Shown here piece by piece: positions 8,931 to 20,501 of a DNA stretch of 64,000 nucleotides. Position 1 is the first letter of the stretch, and every line of letters begins with the position of its first letter. This DNA comes from Escherichia coli (GTDB lineage: Bacteria; Pseudomonadota; Gammaproteobacteria; Enterobacterales; Enterobacteriaceae), in the NCBI RefSeq assembly GCF_001677475.2, contig NZ_CP015229.1, one strand, 5' to 3'. The position numbers and the translations under genes are program-made. Below the pieces are notes generated by a model. It was not told the origin of the DNA and made no database searches. It saw only the letters and a list, made by a program, of their open reading frames with translations.

Positions 8931-10688
8931 TTACCTTTCCAGTCGCCTTGCTCCGCGCTCAGAGAGACGTTCGCGTACTGCTGACCGTTGCTCATTATTC
9001 AATCGGGCAGTACGGTTACTGTCGTTTAGACGTTGTGGGCGGCTCTCCTGAACTTTCTCCCGAAAAACCTGACGTTGCTCAGGTGATGCTGATTGAACAC
9101 GCTGGCGGGCGTTATCACGTTGCTGTTGGTTCAGTGGGCGCTGCTGTACTTTTTCCTTAAACACCTGGCGCTGTTCGGGAGTTGCAGACTGAATACGCTC
9201 ACGCGCTGCCTCTCTTCGCTGCTGGTTCTGCGGGTTAGTCTGCATTTTCTCGCGGACTGCCTGGCGCTGCTCAGGAGAGGCCGACTGATAACGCTGACGA
9301 GCGGCGTCCTTTTGTTGCTGGGTCAGTGGTTGGCGACGGCTGAAGTCGCGGAAGTCGTCATAGCTCCCATAGTGTTCAGCTTCATTAAACCGCTGTGCCG
9401 CTGCCTGACGTTGGGTATCTCGCGTAATGACTGGTGCGCTGTGTGTTCGTTGCTGAAACTGACTTGCTGCCGCCTGACGCTGGCTGTCGCTTGTTGGAGC
9501 AGGTAACTGCGTGGCGCTCATGCCGCCGTTGACATCGGTTTGGTGAAACCGCTTTGCCATATCCTGATCATGATAGGGCACACCATTACGGTAGTTTGGA
9601 TTGTGCCGCCATGCCATATTCTTATCAGTAAGATGCTCACCGGTGATACGGTTGAAATTGTTGACGTCGATATTGATGTTGTCGCCGTTGTGTTGCCAGC
9701 CATTACCGTCACGATGACCGCCATCGTGGTGATGATAATCATCATCGTCATGATGATGATGGTCATGATCGTCGTCATCCCAGTCGATGCTGCTGAAAAG
9801 TGCGTACGTAGTAGCAACGCCCATGCTGTAGCCGAAACCGCGCACAAAGCTGTCAACAAACGGCTCTCCGGCTGGCGGCGGCAGGTAAACCGGCGGATAC
9901 GCGGAATTGGCCCAGTTCCCGTAAACCACGGTTGGGTTATAGTTGGGAATATAAACCACATCCGGATTGGTTGGCTCAATGGTTATTACGGTTGGCGCAG
10001 GTTCTGTAATGACGGGGCTGGCTGTTGAAACGGTATCAGATAACGTAACGGGGGCAGTGACGGTCTGTTTTACCGGTACAGCTTTCTTCGTTGTGGTAAT
10101 GACTTTCTGTTCGGTTGATGACTTCAGCGACCCGGTTTGTTGCGCCAGTTGGCGCAATCGCTGTACCGAGTCCATCACGTCCTGCGGCTGTGCCAGGAAC
10201 GCATCGCCCAGATTTTGTACCCACTGCGGGTTTTCGCCCATCAATGCCATCAACTGTGGAAAAGCCACCAGCGATTTGACGCTGGCATCCCATGACTGGT
10301 CAGATACCGCCTGAATAGCAGCATCGCCTTGTTTAAGTGGGTTATCGTGCGACCATTGTACTGCTTGCGCAACGTTTGTCGGATAGGTTGATGCCATCAG
10401 CACCTGCGAAAGTAGGGCGTCGGGATACAGCGCGACGGGCGCGACCCATTGATCTATTTGTGCAGTGCTGAATGCAGATTTGACGACGGCGGGTGTTACG
10501 GGAGGTGCGGAAACCGTTGCAGGAAGCGTAACCGCGGCAGCGTCAGACACAGCCAGTTGTGTCGATTGCGCTTCCACAGGCGCTTCCACTGTGCGGCTTT
10601 TTATATATAGCCCGGTAGAGGCGGCACAAAGCCCGGCACTGCAAATTAGCGCCAGCACATGGGGTTTAAACGGCAAAGTCATTTTCAT
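8931..10688 (-). CDS. yacH: DUF3300-family secreted protein YacH with His/Asp-rich and Gln/Arg-rich repeat regions
   Basis: 585-aa ORF with N-terminal signal peptide, an internal DDDDHDHHHHDDDDYHHHDGGH stretch and C-terminal tandem repeats (..SA[ST]PEQRQ[AV]..EK.Q..). Confidence 0.85.
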   Translation of the reverse strand: MKMTLPFKPHVLALICSAGLCAASTGLYIKSRTVEAPVEAQSTQLAVSDAAAVTLPATVSAPPVTPAVVKSAFSTAQIDQWVAPVALYPDALLSQVLMASTYPTNVAQAVQWSHDNPLKQGDAAIQAVSDQSWDASVKSLVAFPQLMALMGENPQWVQNLGDAFLAQPQDVMDSVQRLRQLAQQTGSLKSSTEQKVITTTKKAVPVKQTVTAPVTLSDTVSTASPVITEPAPTVITIEPTNPDVVYIPNYNPTVVYGNWANSAYPPVYLPPPAGEPFVDSFVRGFGYSMGVATTYALFSSIDWDDDDHDHHHHDDDDYHHHDGGHRDGNGWQHNGDNINIDVNNFNRITGEHLTDKNMAWRHNPNYRNGVPYHDQDMAKRFHQTDVNGGMSATQLPAPTSDSQRQAAASQFQQRTHSAPVITRDTQRQAAAQRFNEAEHYGSYDDFRDFSRRQPLTQQQKDAARQRYQSASPEQRQAVREKMQTNPQNQQRREAARERIQSATPEQRQVFKEKVQQRPLNQQQRDNARQRVQSASPEQRQVFREKVQESRPQRLNDSNRTARLNNEQRSAVRERLSERGARRLER

Positions 10689-11042
10689 AATTCGGATCTC
10701 AAGGAAATCGCAATGGTCGGCGAACTGCCACCCGCAGGTGCTGTGAATCCGAGTATAAAGAGGCGGTAGTTTAAATTTTGACTAATCTTGGGATTCGTTG
10801 AGAAAGGTGATTATCACCATGCGAATTAACGAAGTTTTTACGGAGGGAAACAATCTCTAGACCATCCTTAACGATTCAGCCACTTTTTTATGTTGCTTTT
10901 TTGTAAACGGATTAACACATCATCAAAATCCTGCTATTCTGCCCGTTGCGGTACTGGGCATTTACCCTACAAACTGCTGTCTCACAGGAGCGTGAAGAGA
11001 ATCGCCTGCCGCACTATGACAATGAGAGCGAGGAGAACCGTC

Positions 11043-13640
11043 GTGCTAGAAGAATACCGTAAGCACGTAGCTGAGCGTGCCGCTGAGGGGATTGCGCCCA
11101 AACCCCTGGATGCAAACCAAATGGCCGCGCTTGTAGAGCTGCTGAAAAACCCGCCCGCGGGCGAAGAAGAATTCCTGTTAGATCTGTTAACCAACCGTGT
11201 TCCCCCAGGCGTCGATGAAGCCGCCTATGTAAAAGCAGGCTTCCTGGCTGCTATCGCTAAAGGCGAAGCCAAATCCCCTCTGCTGACTCCGGAAAAAGCT
11301 ATCGAACTGCTGGGCACCATGCAGGGTGGTTACAACATTCATCCGCTGATCGACGCGCTGGATGATGCCAAACTGGCACCGATTGCTGCCAAAGCACTTT
11401 CTCACACACTGCTGATGTTCGATAACTTCTATGACGTAGAAGAGAAAGCCAAAGCAGGCAATGAATATGCTAAGCAGGTAATGCAGTCCTGGGCGGATGC
11501 CGAATGGTTCCTGAATCGCCCGGCGCTGGCTGAAAAACTGACCGTTACCGTCTTTAAAGTAACTGGCGAAACCAACACCGATGACCTCTCTCCGGCACCG
11601 GATGCGTGGTCACGCCCGGATATCCCACTGCACGCGCTGGCGATGCTGAAAAACGCCCGTGAAGGTATTGAGCCAGATCAGCCAGGCGTTGTTGGTCCGA
11701 TTAAGCAAATCGAAGCTCTGCAGCAGAAAGGTTTCCCGCTGGCGTACGTCGGTGACGTTGTGGGTACGGGGTCATCGCGTAAATCCGCCACTAACTCCGT
11801 TCTGTGGTTTATGGGCGATGATATTCCACATGTGCCGAACAAACGCGGCGGTGGTTTGTGCCTCGGCGGTAAAATTGCACCCATCTTCTTTAACACGATG
11901 GAAGACGCGGGTGCGCTGCCAATCGAAGTCGACGTCTCTAACCTGAACATGGGCGACGTAATTGACGTTTACCCGTACAAAGGTGAAGTGCGTAACCACG
12001 AAACCGGCGAACTGCTGGCGACCTTCGAACTGAAAACCGACGTGCTGATTGATGAAGTGCGTGCTGGCGGCCGTATTCCGCTGATTATTGGGCGTGGCCT
12101 GACTACCAAAGCGCGTGAAGCACTTGGCCTGCCACACAGTGATGTGTTCCGTCAGGCGAAAGATGTCGCTGAGAGCGATCGCGGCTTCTCGCTGGCGCAG
12201 AAAATGGTAGGCCGTGCCTGCGGCGTGAAAGGCATTCGTCCGGGCGCTTACTGTGAGCCGAAAATGACTTCGGTCGGTTCTCAGGACACCACCGGCCCAA
12301 TGACTCGTGATGAACTGAAAGACCTGGCGTGCCTGGGCTTCTCGGCTGACCTGGTGATGCAGTCTTTCTGTCACACTGCGGCTTATCCGAAGCCGGTTGA
12401 CGTTAACACACACCACACGCTGCCGGACTTCATTATGAACCGTGGCGGTGTGTCGCTGCGTCCGGGTGACGGCGTAATCCACTCCTGGCTGAACCGTATG
12501 CTGCTGCCAGATACCGTGGGTACGGGTGGTGACTCCCATACTCGTTTCCCGATTGGTATCTCCTTCCCGGCGGGTTCTGGTCTGGTGGCATTTGCTGCCG
12601 CAACTGGCGTGATGCCGCTGGATATGCCGGAATCCGTTCTGGTGCGCTTCAAAGGCAAGATGCAGCCGGGCATCACCCTGCGCGATCTGGTACACGCAAT
12701 CCCGCTGTATGCGATCAAACAAGGTCTGCTGACCGTTGAGAAGAAAGGTAAGAAAAACATCTTCTCTGGTCGCATTCTGGAAATTGAAGGTCTGCCGGAT
12801 CTGAAAGTTGAGCAGGCATTTGAACTGACCGATGCGTCTGCCGAGCGTTCTGCTGCCGGTTGTACCATCAAGCTGAACAAAGAACCGATCATCGAATACC
12901 TGAACTCCAACATCGTCCTGCTGAAGTGGATGATCGCGGAAGGTTATGGCGATCGTCGTACCCTGGAACGTCGTATTCAGGGCATGGAAAAATGGCTGGC
13001 GAATCCTGAGCTGCTGGAAGCCGATGCAGATGCGGAATACGCGGCAGTGATCGACATCGATCTGGCGGATATTAAAGAGCCAATCCTCTGTGCTCCGAAC
13101 GACCCGGATGACGCGCGTCCGCTGTCTGCGGTACAGGGTGAGAAGATCGACGAAGTGTTTATCGGTTCCTGCATGACCAACATCGGTCACTTCCGTGCTG
13201 CGGGTAAACTGCTGGATGCGCATAAAGGCCAGTTGCCGACCCGCCTGTGGGTGGCACCGCCAACCCGTATGGACGCGGCGCAGTTGACCGAAGAAGGCTA
13301 CTACAGCGTCTTCGGTAAGAGTGGTGCGCGTATCGAGATCCCTGGCTGTTCCCTGTGTATGGGTAACCAGGCGCGTGTAGCAGACGGTGCGACGGTGGTT
13401 TCCACCTCTACCCGTAACTTCCCGAACCGTTTAGGTACTGGCGCGAATGTCTTCCTGGCTTCTGCGGAACTGGCTGCTGTTGCGGCGCTGATTGGCAAAC
13501 TGCCGACGCCGGAAGAGTACCAGACCTACGTGGCGCAAGTAGATAAAACTGCCGTTGATACTTACCGTTATCTGAACTTCAACCAGCTTTCTCAGTACAC
13601 CGAAAAAGCCGATGGGGTGATTTTCCAGACTGCGGTTTAA
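11043..13640 (+). CDS. acnB: Aconitate hydratase B (bifunctional aconitase / 2-methylisocitrate dehydratase)
   Basis: 865-aa product [26 protein letters not shown].. from a GTG start at 11043; the ORF-track start at 10890 is an upstream extension. Confidence 0.95.
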   Translation: MLEEYRKHVAERAAEGIAPKPLDANQMAALVELLKNPPAGEEEFLLDLLTNRVPPGVDEAAYVKAGFLAAIAKGEAKSPLLTPEKAIELLGTMQGGYNIHPLIDALDDAKLAPIAAKALSHTLLMFDNFYDVEEKAKAGNEYAKQVMQSWADAEWFLNRPALAEKLTVTVFKVTGETNTDDLSPAPDAWSRPDIPLHALAMLKNAREGIEPDQPGVVGPIKQIEALQQKGFPLAYVGDVVGTGSSRKSATNSVLWFMGDDIPHVPNKRGGGLCLGGKIAPIFFNTMEDAGALPIEVDVSNLNMGDVIDVYPYKGEVRNHETGELLATFELKTDVLIDEVRAGGRIPLIIGRGLTTKAREALGLPHSDVFRQAKDVAESDRGFSLAQKMVGRACGVKGIRPGAYCEPKMTSVGSQDTTGPMTRDELKDLACLGFSADLVMQSFCHTAAYPKPVDVNTHHTLPDFIMNRGGVSLRPGDGVIHSWLNRMLLPDTVGTGGDSHTRFPIGISFPAGSGLVAFAAATGVMPLDMPESVLVRFKGKMQPGITLRDLVHAIPLYAIKQGLLTVEKKGKKNIFSGRILEIEGLPDLKVEQAFELTDASAERSAAGCTIKLNKEPIIEYLNSNIVLLKWMIAEGYGDRRTLERRIQGMEKWLANPELLEADADAEYAAVIDIDLADIKEPILCAPNDPDDARPLSAVQGEKIDEVFIGSCMTNIGHFRAAGKLLDAHKGQLPTRLWVAPPTRMDAAQLTEEGYYSVFGKSGARIEIPGCSLCMGNQARVADGATVVSTSTRNFPNRLGTGANVFLASAELAAVAALIGKLPTPEEYQTYVAQVDKTAVDTYRYLNFNQLSQYTEKADGVIFQTAV

Positions 13641-13675
13641 AAAGTCAGCGCACGCGCTGCGCATAAACGACACAA

Positions 13676-13708
13676 TGCCCGGTGAATGAGATTCCCGGGC
13701 ATTTTTTA
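13676..13708 (+). terminator. Rho-independent terminator after acnB
   Basis: Hairpin gcccgg-tgaatgagattc-ccgggc followed by atttttta. Confidence 0.55.
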
Positions 13709-13814
13709 TTTCTAAACCATCGCCGTTCCGCTGTTTTTCTCCGGTAAGGCTGCGATAATTACATCAATGGCGCAATGCGATTTCGGCGCATTGCCGGGAG
13801 CAGAGGAACACACT

Positions 13815-14177
13815 ATGGATTACGAATTTCTGCGCGATATTACCGGAGTGGTAAAGGTGCGTATGTCCATGGGGCATGAAGTGGTCGGGCACTGGTTTAA
13901 TGAAGAGGTGAAAGAAAACCTGGCCTTGCTTGATGAAGTGGAACAAGCAGCGCACGCACTGAAAGGTAGCGAACGGTCCTGGCAACGGGCAGGGCATGAA
14001 TACACCCTGTGGATGGACGGTGAAGAGGTGATGGTTCGCGCCAATCAACTGGAATTCGCTGGCGATGAAATGGAAGAGGGGATGAACTACTACGACGAAG
14101 AAAGCCTGTCGCTATGCGGCGTTGAGGATTTTCTGCAGGTGGTGGCGGCTTACCGTAATTTCGTGCAGCAGAAGTAA
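13815..14177 (+). CDS. yacL: UPF0231 family protein YacL
   Basis: 120-aa product [32 protein letters not shown]..; ATG at 13815 within the longer ORF-track frame. Confidence 0.85.
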
Positions 14178-14184
14178 ATAAATC

Positions 14185-14212
14185 TGGCGGAGCCTGGGAG
14201 CTAGCTCCGCCA
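14185..14212. terminator. Hairpin between convergent yacL (+) and speD (-)
   Basis: Inverted repeat ggcggagc-ctgggagcta-gctccgcc. Confidence 0.5.
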
Positions 14213-14218
14213 GAGCCG

Positions 14219-15013
14219 TTAAACGGCTGGCATATTGCGCCCGTAATAAATCTCGCGCATTTCTTTCCACAGCGCAGCGGTAATTTCCTGGCGCTCGCTG
14301 TCGGTTAAATCTTCCGGTTTGGTGTGGAACATGTAGTGCTTAAGGTCGAACTCTTTAAGCAACATCTTGGTATGGAAGATATTTTCCTGATAGACGTTTA
14401 CATCCACCATGTCATACAGCGCCTTCATATCGTCAGACATAAAGTTCTGAATCGAATTAATCTCATGGTCGATAAAGTGCTTCATACCGTTAATGTCGCG
14501 GGTAAAACCGCGCACGCGATAATCAATGGTTACGATATCGGACTCAAGCTGGTGGATCAGGTAATTCAGCGCCTTCAGCGGAGAAATCACGCCGCAGGTA
14601 GAGACTTCAATATCGGCGCGGAAGGTACATAAACCGCCTTCAGGATGACTTTCCGGGTAGGTATGTACGCAAATATGACTTTTATCGAGATGGGCAACGA
14701 CCGTTTCTGGCAGTGGGCCGGGGTGTTCTGTTTTGTCGATGAGTTTCGGGTCAACCGGTTCTTCACTCACCAGAATAGTGACGCTGGCACCCTGTGGTTC
14801 GTAATCCTGGCGGGCGATGTTAAGAATATTGGCCCCGATAATGGAACAGGTTTCTGACAGGATTTCGGTCAGACGGTTGGCATTATAGAGTTCATCGATA
14901 TAAGCAATATAACCGTCGCGTTCTTCGGCAGTTTTGGCGTAGCAGATATCGTAAATACAAAAACTCAGACTTTTGGTCAGATTATTAAAGCCATGCAGTT
15001 TCAGTTTTTTCAA
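14219..15013 (-). CDS. speD: S-adenosylmethionine decarboxylase proenzyme
   Basis: 264-aa [30 protein letters not shown]..; pyruvoyl-dependent AdoMetDC. Confidence 0.95.
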
Positions 15014-15028
15014 TTTCTTATCTTCTCC

Positions 15029-15895
15029 TTAGGACGGCTGTGAAGCCAGTGCGTCTTGCAGATACTGAGGTAAGGCAAAAGCTGCCGTATGGATTGCCGG
15101 ATTGTAATAACGGCATTTCAGGCCAGAAGCGAGAAAACGCGCCTGAATAATTTCGGTTGAGAGATGGCGTAAGGCGTCGTTATCTGTCGCCCATGCAAAG
15201 GTCATGATGCCGCCGTAATAGGTCGGGATCGCCGCCTGATAAAAGCCAACATCGCTGAAGTAATGGCTGAGTTTGCGATGACTGTCGATAGCCTCTTCCT
15301 GCTGTAAAAAGCAGACGCCGTTTTGTGCGACGAAGATACCGCCAGGATTCAGGCAACGTTTGCAGCCTTCATAAAATGCTGAGGTGAACAGACTTTCGCC
15401 GGGGCCGATAGGATCGGTGCAGTCGGAGATAATGACATCAAAGGTCTGGCTGGTTTGATTCACGAAATTGACGCCATCGTCGATCACCAGCTTAAAGCGC
15501 GGATCGTCGTAGCTACCGGCGTTATGGTTGGGCAGATACTGACGGCAGAACGACACGACACCCGCATCGATTTCCACCATCGTGATTGACTCAACATTTT
15601 TGTGTCGGGTCACTTCGCGCAGCATGGCACCGTCGCCGCCGCCGATAATCAGCACATGTTTCGCGTGACCGTGGGCCAGTAGCGGAACATGGGTCATCAT
15701 CTCATGATAGATAAACTCGTCGCGCTCGGTGGTTTGTACTACGCCATCCAGCGCCATTACGCGGCCAAATGCGGCGTTCTCAAAAATGATCAGATCCTGG
15801 TGATCGGTCTTTTCATGATACAGAACGTTATCTACCGCAAAGTACTGCCCAAACTGGTCGTGTAGCGTTTCATGCCACTGTTTTTTTTCGGCCAT
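15029..15895 (-). CDS. speE: Spermidine synthase (polyamine aminopropyltransferase)
   Basis: 288-aa [43 protein letters not shown]..; directly upstream of speD in the same operon. Confidence 0.95.
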   Translation of the reverse strand: MAEKKQWHETLHDQFGQYFAVDNVLYHEKTDHQDLIIFENAAFGRVMALDGVVQTTERDEFIYHEMMTHVPLLAHGHAKHVLIIGGGDGAMLREVTRHKNVESITMVEIDAGVVSFCRQYLPNHNAGSYDDPRFKLVIDDGVNFVNQTSQTFDVIISDCTDPIGPGESLFTSAFYEGCKRCLNPGGIFVAQNGVCFLQQEEAIDSHRKLSHYFSDVGFYQAAIPTYYGGIMTFAWATDNDALRHLSTEIIQARFLASGLKCRYYNPAIHTAAFALPQYLQDALASQPS

Positions 15896-16000
15896 GGGTT
15901 GATACCTCCTTTGTTAACACCCGTAAAAAAAGGGCGCAACATAATAGCTAACATTGACCGCGGATGCACGGTCAATATTTCTACAAAAAGGTATCAGGGA

Positions 16001-16348
16001 TTATTTGACGTAGGCAAGCAGGCTTAAGGAATCGCGAGCCAGGGCTTTGCACTTTTTAGCGACGGGAATGCCAATGCCGCTGAGATCGCGGTAGCTGTCT
16101 TCACCGAGAGCTTTCATGTCGAAGGTGTCGTAGTTGCTGAGATCCCACTGGTTTTGCTGGGCGAAAAAGACCAGTGCGCGACGAATTTGCCCGTTAGGTA
16201 AGTTCTGGTAACCACAATCGTTCTTCAGAAAGACAAAAACTGCCGTTAAATCGGCCATATCTTCGGCTTCAGACTCGCTGAGCGCGTAACTGTTTGCGCA
16301 AACGGCCATCAGGCTGCCGAATAACACTGTTCTGAAAAACGTCTTCAT
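16001..16348 (-). CDS. yacC: Small secreted protein YacC (PulS/OutS-like)
   Basis: 115-aa product MKTFFRTVLFGSLMAVCANSYALSESEAEDMADL..; internal start within the longer ORF-track frame. Confidence 0.8.
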   Translation of the reverse strand: MKTFFRTVLFGSLMAVCANSYALSESEAEDMADLTAVFVFLKNDCGYQNLPNGQIRRALVFFAQQNQWDLSNYDTFDMKALGEDSYRDLSGIGIPVAKKCKALARDSLSLLAYVK

Positions 16349-16437
16349 TGCTTCTACCAGGGGCTTAAAGAAGATAAACGTTAGCACACTGTGAGCGAGG
16401 CGACGACCATTATTGTCGATTAAATTGTGTCTGCGGC

Positions 16438-16468
16438 TTGACCTTCCCGTAAGGGGAAGGACTATGCT
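16438..16468 (+). promoter_or_regulatory. CueR-dependent (MerR-type) cueO promoter with 19-bp spacer and CueR dyad operator
   Basis: -35 TTGACC (16438-16443), 19-bp spacer containing the perfect dyad CCTTCCC-GTAAG-GGGAAGG (16442-16460), -10 TATGCT (16463-16468). Confidence 0.7.
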
Positions 16469-16513
16469 CAACGTTTGATTTTGTTTCGCCTGCTTAAGAA
16501 TAAGGAAATAACT

Positions 16514-18064
16514 ATGCAACGTCGTGATTTCTTGAAATATTCCGTCGCGCTGGGTGTGGCTTCAGCCTTGCCACTGTGGAGCCGCGCAGTATTTGCGGCG
16601 GAACGCCCAACGTTACCGATCCCTGATTTGCTCACGACCGATGCCCGTAATCGCATTCAGTTAACTATTGGCGCAGGTCAGTCTACCTTTGGCGAGAAAA
16701 CTGCAACTACCTGGGGCTATAACGGCAATCTGCTGGGGCCGGCGGTGAAATTACAGCGCGGCAAAGCGGTAACGGTTGATATCTATAACCAACTGACGGA
16801 AGAGACGACGTTGCACTGGCACGGGCTGGAAGTGCCGGGTGAAGTCGACGGCGGCCCGCAGGGAATTATTCCGCCAGGTGGCAAGCGCTCGGTGACGTTG
16901 AACGTTGATCAACCTGCCGCTACCTGCTGGTTCCATCCACATCAACATGGCAAGACCGGGCGACAGGTGGCGATGGGGCTGGCTGGTCTGGTGGTGATTG
17001 AAGATGACGAGATCCTGAAATTAATGCTGCCAAAACAGTGGGGTATTGATGATGTCCCGGTGATTGTTCAGGATAAAAAATTTAACGCTGACGGGCAGAT
17101 TGATTATCAACTGGATGTGATGACCGCCGCCGTGGGCTGGTTTGGCGATACGCTGCTGACCAACGGTGAAATCTACCCGCAACACGCTGCTCCGCGTGGT
17201 TGGCTGCGCCTGCGTTTGCTCAATGGCTGTAACGCCCGCTCGCTCAATTTCGCCACCAGCGACAATCGCCCGCTTTATGTGATTGCCAGCGACGGTGGTC
17301 TGCTACCTGAACCGGTGAAGGTGAGCGAGCTGCCGGTGCTGATGGGCGAGCGTTTTGAAGTGCTGGTGGAGGTTAACGACAACAAACCGTTTGACCTGGT
17401 GACGCTGCCGGTCAGCCAGATGGGGATGGCGATTGCGCCGTTTGACAAGCCGCATCCGGTAATGCGGATTCAGCCGATTGCTATTAGTGCCTCCGGTGCT
17501 TTGCCAGACACATTAAGTAGCCTGCCTGCGTTACCTTCGCTGGAAGGGCTGACGGTACGCAAGCTGCAACTTTCTATGGACCCGATGCTTGATATGATGG
17601 GTATGCAGATGCTAATGGAGAAATATGGCGATCAGGCGATGGCCGGAATGGATCACAGCCAGATGATGGGCCATATGGGGCACGACAATATGAATCATAT
17701 GAACCACGGCGGGAAGTTCGATTTCCACCATGCCAATAAAATCAACGGTCAGGCGTTTGATATGAACAAGCCGATGTTTGCGGCGGCGAAAGGGCAGTAC
17801 GAGCGTTGGGTTATTTCTGGCGTGGGTGACATGATGCTGCATCCGTTCCATATCCACGGCCCGCAGTTCCGTATCTTGTCAGAAAATGGCAAACCGCCAG
17901 CGGCTCATCGCGCGGGCTGGAAAGATACCGTTAAGGTAGAAGGCAATGTCAGTGAAGTGCTGGTGAAGTTTAATCACGACGCACCGAAAGAACATGCTTA
18001 TATGGCGCACTGCCATCTGCTGGAGCATGAAGATACGGGGATGATGTTAGGGTTTACGGTATAA
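16514..18064 (+). CDS. cueO: Multicopper oxidase CueO (periplasmic cuprous oxidase)
   Basis: [28 protein letters not shown] twin-arginine signal, copper-binding HxH motifs, and a Met/His-rich insert (..[43 protein letters not shown]..). Confidence 0.93.
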   Translation: MQRRDFLKYSVALGVASALPLWSRAVFAAERPTLPIPDLLTTDARNRIQLTIGAGQSTFGEKTATTWGYNGNLLGPAVKLQRGKAVTVDIYNQLTEETTLHWHGLEVPGEVDGGPQGIIPPGGKRSVTLNVDQPAATCWFHPHQHGKTGRQVAMGLAGLVVIEDDEILKLMLPKQWGIDDVPVIVQDKKFNADGQIDYQLDVMTAAVGWFGDTLLTNGEIYPQHAAPRGWLRLRLLNGCNARSLNFATSDNRPLYVIASDGGLLPEPVKVSELPVLMGERFEVLVEVNDNKPFDLVTLPVSQMGMAIAPFDKPHPVMRIQPIAISASGALPDTLSSLPALPSLEGLTVRKLQLSMDPMLDMMGMQMLMEKYGDQAMAGMDHSQMMGHMGHDNMNHMNHGGKFDFHHANKINGQAFDMNKPMFAAAKGQYERWVISGVGDMMLHPFHIHGPQFRILSENGKPPAAHRAGWKDTVKVEGNVSEVLVKFNHDAPKEHAYMAHCHLLEHEDTGMMLGFTV

Positions 18065-18083
18065 AAAGACCGTATTCGGAAAT

Positions 18084-18106
18084 ATGCCCGGATCTCTCCG
18101 GGCATT
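18084..18106. terminator. Hairpin between convergent cueO (+) and gcd (-)
   Basis: Inverted repeat tgcccgga-tctc-tccgggca. Confidence 0.5.
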
Positions 18107-18110
18107 ATGG

Positions 18111-20501
18111 TTATTTCACATCATCCGGCAGGGCATAAGCCACAATATAGTCGCCCATCTTCGTACCAAATGAACCGTGACCGCCTGCGGAGATCACCAC
18201 ATACTGCTTGCCATTCACTTCATAGGTCATTGGCGTCGCCTGACCACCCGCTGGTAGACGACCCTGCCACAGTTTTTCACCGTTGCTCATGTTGTAAGCG
18301 CGCAGGTAGTTATCTGCCGTAGCGGCAATAAACAGCACGTTACCCGCCGTGGAGATTGGTCCGCCGAGCATCGGCATACCCATATTAAACGGCACCGGAA
18401 CGGGCATCGGGAACGGCATACTGTCCTGCGGTGTACCAATACGTTTCTTCCACACCACTTCATTGGTTTTCAGATCCAGTGCCGAGATGTAACCCCATGC
18501 TGGTTGTTTACACGGCAGACCAAACGGTGAAAGGAATGGGTTAAGCGTGACGCCATACGGCACGCCGTACTGCGGCTGAATACCGGATTCCGTACCCGTG
18601 CCTTTGGCATCTTTCGGCTGTTCCATCGGGTTGCCAGGACCGCGTGGGATCAGTTTCGAAACAAACGGCAGCGCCATTGGGTTGGCAATTGCCACTTCAC
18701 GATTCGGATCAACGGAAATCCCGCCCCATTCGAACATCCCCAGGTTACCCGGGAAGACCAGCGTACCCTGTTCAGATGGTGGGGTGAAAATGCCTTCATA
18801 GCGCATCTGGTGGAACATTACGCGGCACACCAGCTGGTCAAACATGGTGGCGCCCCACATGTCCGCACCGCTTAAATCTTTCGTCGGACGGAAGCTCAGT
18901 TCAGAGAACGGCTGGGTCGGAGTAACGTAATCGCCTTTCGCAGCACCTTGCGGCACCGGTTTTTCCGGGGCCGGAACCACCAGTTCGCCGTTACGACGAT
19001 CGAGCACAAAAATGTTACCGGTTTTCGCCGGAGCGTAAATGACCGGCACCTTTTGACCATTAACGGTGATATCCGCCAGCGTCGGTTGTGCCGGAAGATC
19101 CATATCCCACAGGTCGTGGTGAACGGTCTGGTAACTCCACGCCAGTTTCCCGGTAGTGGCATTCAGCGCCAGAATCGAGCTGGCATAACGTTCCTGTTCC
19201 GGTGTGCGGTTACCGCCCCAGATATCTGGCGTGGTCACGCCCATCGGCAGATACACCAGATCCAGCTTCGCGTCATAGGCCGCAGGTGCCCACGAGTTTG
19301 GCGAGTTAAAGGTAAAGGTGTGTTCGTCAGACGGGATCGCGTTCGGATCTTTCGCGCCCGGATCAAAGGCCCACAGCAGCTTCCCAGTGTTGACATCAAA
19401 ACCACGGATCACGCCAGACGTTTCGCGGGTTGAGAAGTTATCGGTGACTGAACCAGCCATCACGATGGTTTTATCGGTGATAATCGGCGGCGAAGTCGGC
19501 TCATACAGACCCGGTTTGGTATCCGGCATATTGCTTTGCAGATTGAGCACGCCTTTATTGGCGAAGGTTTCGCACAGCTTGCCGTTTTCAGCGTTAATCG
19601 CAATCAGGCGACCATCATTGACCGGAAGAATGATACGACGCGGGCAATCCGCCATCACTTCCGGCGAAGCGGTTTCTGCTTTGGCTTCATGATAAGAGAC
19701 GCCACGACAGGTTACGTGCTGGAAAGACTCGTTGGTTTTCAGCTCAGGATCGTAATGCCATTTCTCTTTGCCGCTGGCGGCATCGAGTGCAAACAGACGC
19801 TGGTGAGCAGTACACAGGTAAAGCGTATCGCCCACTTTAATTGGCGTCACTTCATTGGTGATTTCGCCCGGATCGTTCGGCTGTTTCACATCACCCGTGC
19901 GAAATACCCAGGCTTCTTTCAGGTTGTGGACGTTATCGGCGTTAATTTGCTTCAGAGGCGAAAAGCGTTGGCCTTCCTGATTGCGGCCATAGGCAGGCCA
20001 GTCCTGATCGGCAACGGGGGAGATAGCTTCTGCTGGCGTGGCATCGGCGCTTAAGGTGCCGTTGATTTCCTGCGGATCGTTAAATCCGGCCCAGGTGAGG
20101 ATTCCGCCACTAATCAGCAGTGCGACCATCAGTGCGGCAACTGCGCCGCTGGCAGGAATGACCAGGCGACGCCAGACAAACGGCAGGATCAGCCAGATGC
20201 CGAAGAAGACCAGAATGTCGCTGCGCGGAGTCAGCGCCCAGAAGTCGAAACCAACTTCCCAGACGCCCCAAATCATAGTGCCGAGCAGCAGAGCCGCGTA
20301 TAGCCAAAGCGCGGCGCGTTTACTGCGCCACAGCATCCAGGCGACGCCGAGCATCACAAGGCCTGCAATAGGGTAGTACCAGGAGCCGCCAATCGCGACC
20401 AGCCAGCCTCCGCCAATGAGTAGATACAGCCCGCAGAGCGCTGCAAAAAGGGCTGTTAGCGTGACGAGTAATCGTCGCGAGCCTGTATTGTTAATTGCCA
20501 T
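18111..20501 (-). CDS. gcd: Quinoprotein glucose dehydrogenase (PQQ-dependent, membrane-bound)
   Basis: 796-aa product MAINNTGSRRLLVTLTALFAALCGLYLLIGG.. with N-terminal transmembrane segments and a PQQ beta-propeller domain. Confidence 0.93.
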   Translation of the reverse strand: MAINNTGSRRLLVTLTALFAALCGLYLLIGGGWLVAIGGSWYYPIAGLVMLGVAWMLWRSKRAALWLYAALLLGTMIWGVWEVGFDFWALTPRSDILVFFGIWLILPFVWRRLVIPASGAVAALMVALLISGGILTWAGFNDPQEINGTLSADATPAEAISPVADQDWPAYGRNQEGQRFSPLKQINADNVHNLKEAWVFRTGDVKQPNDPGEITNEVTPIKVGDTLYLCTAHQRLFALDAASGKEKWHYDPELKTNESFQHVTCRGVSYHEAKAETASPEVMADCPRRIILPVNDGRLIAINAENGKLCETFANKGVLNLQSNMPDTKPGLYEPTSPPIITDKTIVMAGSVTDNFSTRETSGVIRGFDVNTGKLLWAFDPGAKDPNAIPSDEHTFTFNSPNSWAPAAYDAKLDLVYLPMGVTTPDIWGGNRTPEQERYASSILALNATTGKLAWSYQTVHHDLWDMDLPAQPTLADITVNGQKVPVIYAPAKTGNIFVLDRRNGELVVPAPEKPVPQGAAKGDYVTPTQPFSELSFRPTKDLSGADMWGATMFDQLVCRVMFHQMRYEGIFTPPSEQGTLVFPGNLGMFEWGGISVDPNREVAIANPMALPFVSKLIPRGPGNPMEQPKDAKGTGTESGIQPQYGVPYGVTLNPFLSPFGLPCKQPAWGYISALDLKTNEVVWKKRIGTPQDSMPFPMPVPVPFNMGMPMLGGPISTAGNVLFIAATADNYLRAYNMSNGEKLWQGRLPAGGQATPMTYEVNGKQYVVISAGGHGSFGTKMGDYIVAYALPDDVK

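Noticed and set aside
9518..10028. Overlapping M/I/T/V-rich ORFs (153 and 162 aa) inside yacH
   Set aside because: Generated by the GAT/CAT-rich His/Asp repeat of yacH read in other frames or strand; homopolymeric and not credible as proteins.
10890..11042. Upstream extension of acnB in the ORF track (916 aa)
   Set aside because: The track uses an upstream TTG/GTG; the conserved AcnB N-terminus MLEEYRKH begins at GTG 11043. Similar track extensions were trimmed for pdhR, lpd, yacL, yacC, cueO, gcd, hpt, yadV, pcnB, dksA, thpR, hrpB, mrcB, fhuC, fhuD, erpA, btuF and cdaR.
11772..13223. 483-aa minus-strand ORF antisense to acnB
   Set aside because: Fully nested in acnB with no start context or domain signature; the acnB product on the plus strand is unambiguous.
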